A stretch of 42,873 nucleotides of DNA from positions 1-42,873 of the forward strand of contig JBDRFG010000112.1 of NCBI GenBank assembly GCA_043819135.1, in the 5' to 3' direction. The notes beneath the pieces are model-generated. The model had not been told where the DNA came from. It did no database searches and saw only the letters and a list, made by a program, of their open reading frames with translations. The first letter of the stretch is position 1; every line of letters starts with the position of its first letter. A program made the position numbers and the translations under genes. The DNA comes from Candidatus Eiseniibacteriota bacterium (GTDB taxonomy: Bacteria > Joyebacterota > Joyebacteria > Joyebacterales > Joyebacteraceae). Below are positions 41,501-42,873 of this stretch, piece by piece.

Positions 41501-42574
41501 CTGTGCGTCGCTGTTCCGCTCGGAACGAGGGCCGACACCTACGTGGGTACGGTCTTCCTTCTTGCGGACGGCGAGGAGCAGTTCGACGACCTGACTGTCT
41601 CAGTGACCGTCAACTGCATTCCTGAGCTGGATGTCTCGGCCGACGTGGCCGTGCTCCCGCTCTACGATGCAGGGACGACCGCTGAAAACAGCAGGGTGTT
41701 CACGCTGACCAACGAAGGCAACTGCGACCTGACGAGTGTCAGTGGTTCAGTGGCCATCAATGGCGGCTTCGTGACCGTCGTGACCATCGACGGGGTCGTC
41801 GAGTACGGCGACGTGGTCGAGGGTCTTGTTTCGGTCGCAGCTGACAAGTCGTTCCCCGCTGGTACGTATCACGGCACGGTCACTCTGACGGCCGCCGGCG
41901 GAGCGACGGACAGCTTCCCGATCACGGTGATCATGCCGCAGTTCCCGGAGATCGTGTTTGATCCCGATTACGACGGCGAGATCGCTGAGGACGGTGTGGC
42001 AGGCGAGACGGTCCTTGTGGACGTCACGCTCGTCAATACGGGCAACGTGGCGATCACTTCCGGCATCACCTTCGCGATGGAGGACCTCGTCGGTCCGAGC
42101 GGTTCGGTGATACCGGGTGCCGACGCGACATTCCCGGAGGGTCTGGCCGTTGCTTACGACGACGAGACCATGTTCCATGTCATGGTCCCGGTGCCCGAGG
42201 GTCTGCTCGGCCAGAGCTACACTGGCACGATGCAGGTGCTGCACGAGGGCGTCGAGATGGATGCGCTGGAACTGACGATCACGCTGGACCGCGGTGATGA
42301 TTACATTGCCATCTACCCGAACCCGGTCAAGCTGGGTGAGAGCGATGGCGTCACGATCGCCCTGGGCGACCTCACGGGTCCGCTCGCCATCAACGTCTAC
42401 GACATGTTCGGCGGTCTGGTTGCCGAGCTGACTGCGGCGACGAGCGCGCGCGACGAGGACGTGCAGTGGGATCTGCAGAACGACGACGGCAAGACCGTGG
42501 CAAGCGGTATGTATATCGTCACGATCGACACCGGCGACGAGGTTGTTACGCGGAAGATCATGGTCATCAAGTAA
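35552..42574 (+). CDS. Giant (~2340 aa) secreted Asp-rich Ca-binding repeat protein (bacterial TSP3-like repeats, ~6 Ig-like domains, FlgD-Ig/T9SS-type CTD)
   Basis: ATG at 35552 after AGGAGG; signal peptide ending AGA; dozens of D(T/S)DGDG..DG.E...GT(D/N)P repeats; repeated P.G.Y.G.V Ig-like motifs; C-terminus YPNPV...VYDMFG.LV..L...WDLQNDDG..VASGMY...RKIMVIK. Confidence 0.9.
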   Translation: MARENRSDRGAMLALASLLVVFSLMVAVATPAGAYYYDSDGDGLPDFYEIKHGIHGDVTDEGNDWDGDGLLDTQEDVNLNGIVDVGETDPANWDTDGDGISDGIEGLVDSAQDQDTLINALDLDSDGDFIPDGDEDVDGDGVQDVGETNALDADSDDDLLIDGWEAMWGTDPLDPNSDDDGWTDYEEVILYGTNPNDDDTDGDGRIDGIGNEDETDADGDGAINAADFDSDNDGLTDGQEDFNENGVWDWTEVGGRPIEGETDPTLYDTDGDGFSDGYEVYERSSDPLNGTDNDGDGWFNGEEIALYKTDPDNVDTDGDGRWDSHGNEGAQDSDGDGLINALDLDSDNDGIDDMYEDVDGDGVVDATETDPTNVDTDGDGLNDNHEYNIYGTSPIDAADPYDGDSIAPGLEMYTYKTNFDMNDTDGDGVVEGTTGGTDAVNSNLDQFRPKPFGDSSINALDIDADGDGLLDGDEASYGTSMTDWDSDDDLVLDGAEVHIWGTDPADDDTDGDGLEDGEEISLGTDPLNVNTDGDYVNDGVEVNSWGSNPLDPDTDGDGIMDGETLTGTYLAADGVTVMNWSFTEDDSDLELGGGGDGRSNVLDTDSDWRESQLPTGFYQYFHDRTELAYADYISAKNAREGTLWHVSGLNPGNPDTDGDEVSDAEEVANYSDPLDASDTVSSPATAVDSDGDGLYDIEEYVLQGIAVPTMHLTVDFDGDGLWDGDELHPNWFTLDAVAQPWATNPLDDDMDGDGLDDDVEVGLGTNPHYGDTDGDGIADNNDNNWYDALDADVDGDGLYDGYEDANKNGVWQSASPYFETNALDGDTDDDGIYDGDELIFGTLPLDTDTDNDGLGDGLEVGYNFGNIDPYTVGWVAGDGDDDTGTKTDPRIVDSDFDGIDDNVEDVNLNGMADAGETDAADRDTDDDGLPDYYEVFGNVASSPYCVGWVDNSLDLTDPTLTDTEADGLNDDDEFGQECDPNVGDTDTDSYLDGDEYLSYGTDPTNMDTDSDGCDEGLVEDATNDNDNDGINDAMDVDSDNDWIWDCDGDENYVDDVDGDGLVNVWDNDTDNDLLSDRIEAGLDTWHEFSDNDRDFDEDGLLDGAEYYQAVHQPHTGEVGFEASDPKLFDTDSDGLHDGFERGMIAAIPVDPVYGGTNPDPGFWDFDGLDNSHPSLYDTDMDGWSDYDEDMDLDGDNADIGVGNTEPDPRDDDTDDDGLIDGYELAMGGTGTDCLLHDTDVDDLMDGLEWGLLAAMGHDTNPVNPFPGHARYDVISAEMGAYTTDPTNLDTDGDTLFDGFEDDDFDGYRDGNSPYDTSSDWGGVGETDPNVCDTDRGGMDDGAEFGNGTDPLLNTVGDWDIDIDNDGADAVSNVLNVGADGAGIVPTDSGSADLVVWHADVANNPDADGYSMATGPIDDVYFAATSLHWAGAHSATSYTPTPDTADWIHYSAVSFSPSSIDGFAVGASQLVTVSVDVPQGAMPGWYVGYVQVETERENASWPGDCISEQELPDDWIELRVWVGPQKDIDICDDDDDPLGVGLASDPYDFWEPAEIGEMHLMGAPMHPNGIQGMFRVANPNTYPDGDWPYPGHAPDGINDYNGLAALPHIWRDWDLNTFDPQGNVNLTYAIKAQFESPMGPVDPTSAISFDAPLSASMALATIDSFYVYIDTSTLPGGIYEGVVRVYEDIPHSPFGPNGVWDVDEVSDTFVLEFMLVLPDLDIDNDYGNMAGNELTIDVYPGDVDIMIGEFQCYAAGPSTNVDSWDGPGTESIYDIAYYSPTLGTLQKIPADGSGYVSIYPRLPGSTDAIEVRLSGLMNDVLVLNGPSKLYRLTVADVPLDLPAGTYRMDHPTSWVPGDGTVPIAARGLDTGMGWLPGEAGPAVVYDPTIPAVANLMDFFQLTINVAAMIDVEFDESSWSMTGDPGDVLCDNVTVNNIGNAEADDVHFEAGNLIGQSYGAVINSFAVGFDPASVTVALDGSTSVELCVAVPLGTRADTYVGTVFLLADGEEQFDDLTVSVTVNCIPELDVSADVAVLPLYDAGTTAENSRVFTLTNEGNCDLTSVSGSVAINGGFVTVVTIDGVVEYGDVVEGLVSVAADKSFPAGTYHGTVTLTAAGGATDSFPITVIMPQFPEIVFDPDYDGEIAEDGVAGETVLVDVTLVNTGNVAITSGITFAMEDLVGPSGSVIPGADATFPEGLAVAYDDETMFHVMVPVPEGLLGQSYTGTMQVLHEGVEMDALELTITLDRGDDYIAIYPNPVKLGESDGVTIALGDLTGPLAINVYDMFGGLVAELTAATSARDEDVQWDLQNDDGKTVASGMYIVTIDTGDEVVTRKIMVIK
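35660..39610 (+). repeat. Degenerate coding repeat region (DxDxDG Ca-binding motifs) of the giant protein
   Basis: Recurrent GACAC(C/G)GACGG(C/T)GACGG-type units encoding DTDGDG; higher-order INALD.DSD.DG...GETDP modules. Boundaries approximate. Confidence 0.85.
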
Positions 42575-42587
42575 GAGGCCATACTTG

Positions 42588-42621
42588 CCAGTGGGCGGGG
42601 GGGACCCCTCCCGTCCACTGG
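42588..42621 (+). other. Intercistronic GC-rich hairpin without U-tract
   Basis: CCAGTGGGCGGGGGG / CCTCCCGTCCACTGG stem of about 15 bp with G-U pairs, between the giant gene and the PorV-like gene. Confidence 0.65.
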
Positions 42622-42639
42622 AATCAAGGAGGTTATAGA

Positions 42640-42873
42640 ATGACTAGAAAGCTCGGTCTTCCTCTCATGCTGGTCGCCGCTTTGGTCGTGTCGACCGTGG
42701 CCTGGGCGGGGGACGGTACGGCGGGAAGCACGTATCTGGACGTCTTCGGCATCGGAGTCGGTGCGGGGCCCAGCGCCATGGCCGCGTACACGGCTGCTCC
42801 CGGTGACCTCTGGAGTCTCACTTACAACCCCGCGGGGCTGGCCAACATGGACCGCCTCGAGGTGGGAGTAAGC
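42640..42873 (+). CDS. PorV/PorQ-family (FadL-like barrel) protein, N-terminal fragment running off the window (absent from the ORF track)
   Basis: ATG after AAGGAGGT; translates MTRKLGLPLMLVAALVVSTVAWA-GDGTAGSTYLDVFGIGVGAGPSAMAAYTAAPGDLWSLTYNPAGLANMDRLEVGVS..., a signal peptide plus the family-like IGVGA...AM...A...D....YNPAGLA motif. Confidence 0.8.
   Translation, partial: MTRKLGLPLMLVAALVVSTVAWAGDGTAGSTYLDVFGIGVGAGPSAMAAYTAAPGDLWSLTYNPAGLANMDRLEVGVS

Overview
High-GC bacterial chromosomal segment, almost entirely + strand. It opens in the 3' part of RNase P RNA, followed by recJ-rel-dtd-maf-mtnA and the block rplM-rpsI-(t44 leader)-rpsB-tsf-pyrH-frr-(small ferredoxin)-uppS-cdsA-dxr-rseP. 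Next come a zincin/PD40-propeller/Omp85 fusion, pcrA, gatCAB, an arylsulfotransferase-like lipoprotein, a secreted GH57 enzyme with a FlgD-Ig/T9SS-like C-terminal domain (CTD), DUF1844, a barrel+TSP3-repeat protein, Nudix, mazG and alr. The window ends with a ~2340-aa extremely Asp-rich repeat protein carrying the same CTD type, immediately followed by a PorV/PorQ-like gene cut off by the window edge. The rplM-rpsI-rpsB-tsf order, CTD proteins and PorV-like gene suggest a diderm of the FCB superphylum, probably outside Bacteroidota (inference). Best candidate new system: a giant Ca2+-binding surface/S-layer-like cargo plus PorV-like shuttle, with a strong promoter and long structured leader. 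Other highlights: a consensus sigma54 promoter with a putative structured sRNA between mazG and alr, probable CTG starts for pcrA and gatB, and a ferredoxin missed by the ORF track. No mobile element, CRISPR array, tRNA or rRNA was seen. All family calls are from motif recognition, not database searches.
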